DNA of 64,000 nucleotides from Octopus bimaculoides. Its lineage: Eukaryota. Positions 62,330 to 64,000 of this stretch are shown here, piece after piece. The stretch is taken from contig NC_068994.1 of NCBI RefSeq assembly GCF_001194135.2, positions 47,785,873-47,849,872 on the forward strand, written 5' to 3'. Each line of letters starts with the position of its first letter. Within the stretch, counting starts at the first letter, position 1. The position numbers and the translations under genes were made by a program. The notes under the pieces are model-generated. The model was given only the letters and a program-made list of their open reading frames with translations. It was not told where the DNA came from and did no database searches.

Positions 62330-62900
62330 CTTATATATTTACTGTATTTTAAATCTGTCCAAATTTTTTAATACTATCCATCCATGTAATTGTTAGTTTT
62401 TCTCTCACTCTTTTCCCATTCATTTTGCCTTCTGCTAACAGTCTCTTTAATCTATTCTTTCGAAAACATTTTTGTTTCTTCTCTTCAATAGTGTCTATTA
62501 ATATATTCTTAGTTTTTACCGTTCTTAGTATTTCGTCATTGGTTTTTGTGTTACGTCTGTTATTCTCAAAAAGTTTCTATATGCACACATCTGATAGTAT
62601 TTTTGTTAATGTCTAAGTTTCCGCTCCATATTGTAGAATGGACGGTATATAATGCTTTAATAATCTTTCTTCTGGTTTCGATATTAATGCTGTTTTGATG
62701 TCAGTATGTTTAATATTTTTTCAAATGACTTTCTAGCTATCGCAATACGTCTTTTGATTTCTACTTCACATTTCCCGTTTTCTGATTGCACATATCCCAG
62801 ATTTATTATTTTTGGCGACCATTGTTTCTTACTCACTACCATCGATTATATTTTCTTCACGTTCGTTTCAATTCTGTTTGGCAGTACTTTTCTATTTCAT
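62330..62900 (-). mobile_element. Decayed RTE-like LINE 3' fragment
   Basis: LLAEGKMNGKRVR.K...TWMD resembles L.EGK..GKR.RG.P...W.D. Confidence 0.55.
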
Positions 62901-63420
62901 TATCAAAGAAACCAAAATCTAAGAATGCGCAGAGTTGAGAACCAAAAGTCTAATGAACGAGTCATGTAGCTAAACTACTATGCATGCATACATACATGTG
63001 TGTGTGTGGGGGGGGGGTGCGTTGTCCAATGAATTTTCAGATGTCGGAAAAGTCAGGCACTCGTATTCATGTTACCGAACGGTTTCATGTTGATGAACCT
63101 TCCAAGTATGGAAAGATAACCGAACAATCATCAGGCATAGCTGAATAGAAAAATATACTTCACTTTCTACCTTTCAAATCTTGGAAGGATTTTCAAGATG
63201 AAATTGTACGATAATATAAATTGGCAGTTATATACATACATGCATGCATATATGTGCGTGCATGCGTGTGTGCATGTGTGTGTATATGTGTGTGTATTTA
63301 TGTATAGCCGAATTAGCCCATCATTTACTCCACAAATGTTTTGTTGTCAGTGCTGCACTTTCCCATATCACCTGTTTCAACATAACTATAATATATTATA
63401 TACAAACTATGCCATTTTAA

Positions 63421-63448
63421 TCCCGAGCAACGCCGGGTGTCTCTGCTA

Positions 63449-63450
<2 letters not shown>
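63421..63450 (+). mobile_element. Helitron-type 3' terminus (non-autonomous element; 5' extent undetermined)
   Basis: CCCG-agcaacgc-CGGG hairpin, then CTAG at 63446-63449, then T and (AT)n. Confidence 0.6.
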
Positions 63451-63490
<40 letters not shown>

Positions 63491-63833
63491 CAAATAATAA
63501 ATGAGTATATGGATATATACGTACAGGTATGTGCATACCTACGTCTACCTGTATATATAGGTGCATATCTGGGTACAGCGCGCACACAGACACACACATG
63601 TACACCTTCAGTATATACTGAGTACATTTTCACTCAGTTTGCATATCTAGAGCATGTAATATGTACGTGCGTGTAGTGACCCTCATGCAATGAGGTGAAA
63701 GATTATTCGTTCAGCGCTTTTAACGGTTTATTGTCCCAATGAGAGAGCAGTACTTCTCAGCCCAGTCATTCACTGGCTATATAATCGAGAATTCAAAACG
63801 TACACACACACATAGATATATATATATACATTT

Positions 63834-63869
<36 letters not shown>

Positions 63870-64000
63870 TCGCAACCAGAACAGAAACCGACAGAATCGA
63901 TCGCTGTCTACTCTTGTTTCAACTAGTTTTAATACAATATACATTTCAGTTGAACGAAACATCGATTTGCCGTATTGTGATTCCGCCAGGTTACTTAATC

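Overview
AT-rich, repeat-dense animal DNA with 7 N-gaps. The SINE, LINE and microsatellite content suggests an octopus genome from a short-read assembly (inference). The only gene I can firmly support is the 3' part of a plus-strand ER-type glycerol-3-phosphate acyltransferase (GPAT3/GPAT4 family). I assembled 12 GT-AG exons by hand (10615-27876) into one 975-nt frame (324 aa + stop) carrying the acyltransferase motifs NHTSPID, FER, FPEGT and IYPVAIK; the N-terminal exons were not identified. The rest is mostly decayed mobile DNA: three to four tRNA-derived SINE families, CR1/L2-, RTE-, L1/Tx1- and R4/Dong-like LINE fragments, Penelope-like pieces, mariner, hAT MITEs and Helitron. The most notable observations are: (1) a minimal hammerhead-ribozyme-like motif in a Penelope-type terminal element; (2) a degenerate tandem array copied from a GPAT splice acceptor and exon start; (3) near-identical inverted SINEs bracketing two catalytic-motif GPAT exons; (4) a roughly 10-fold rise in CpG density at about 52-54 kb, hinting at a methylation boundary and an unannotated gene; (5) a CCAAT+TATA promoter-like site at 60.6 kb. 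I found no CRISPR array, rRNA or true tRNA gene. Nearly all ORF-track entries are microsatellite, gap or repeat artefacts. All counts and alignments were done by eye, and family names come from recalled motifs, not database searches.
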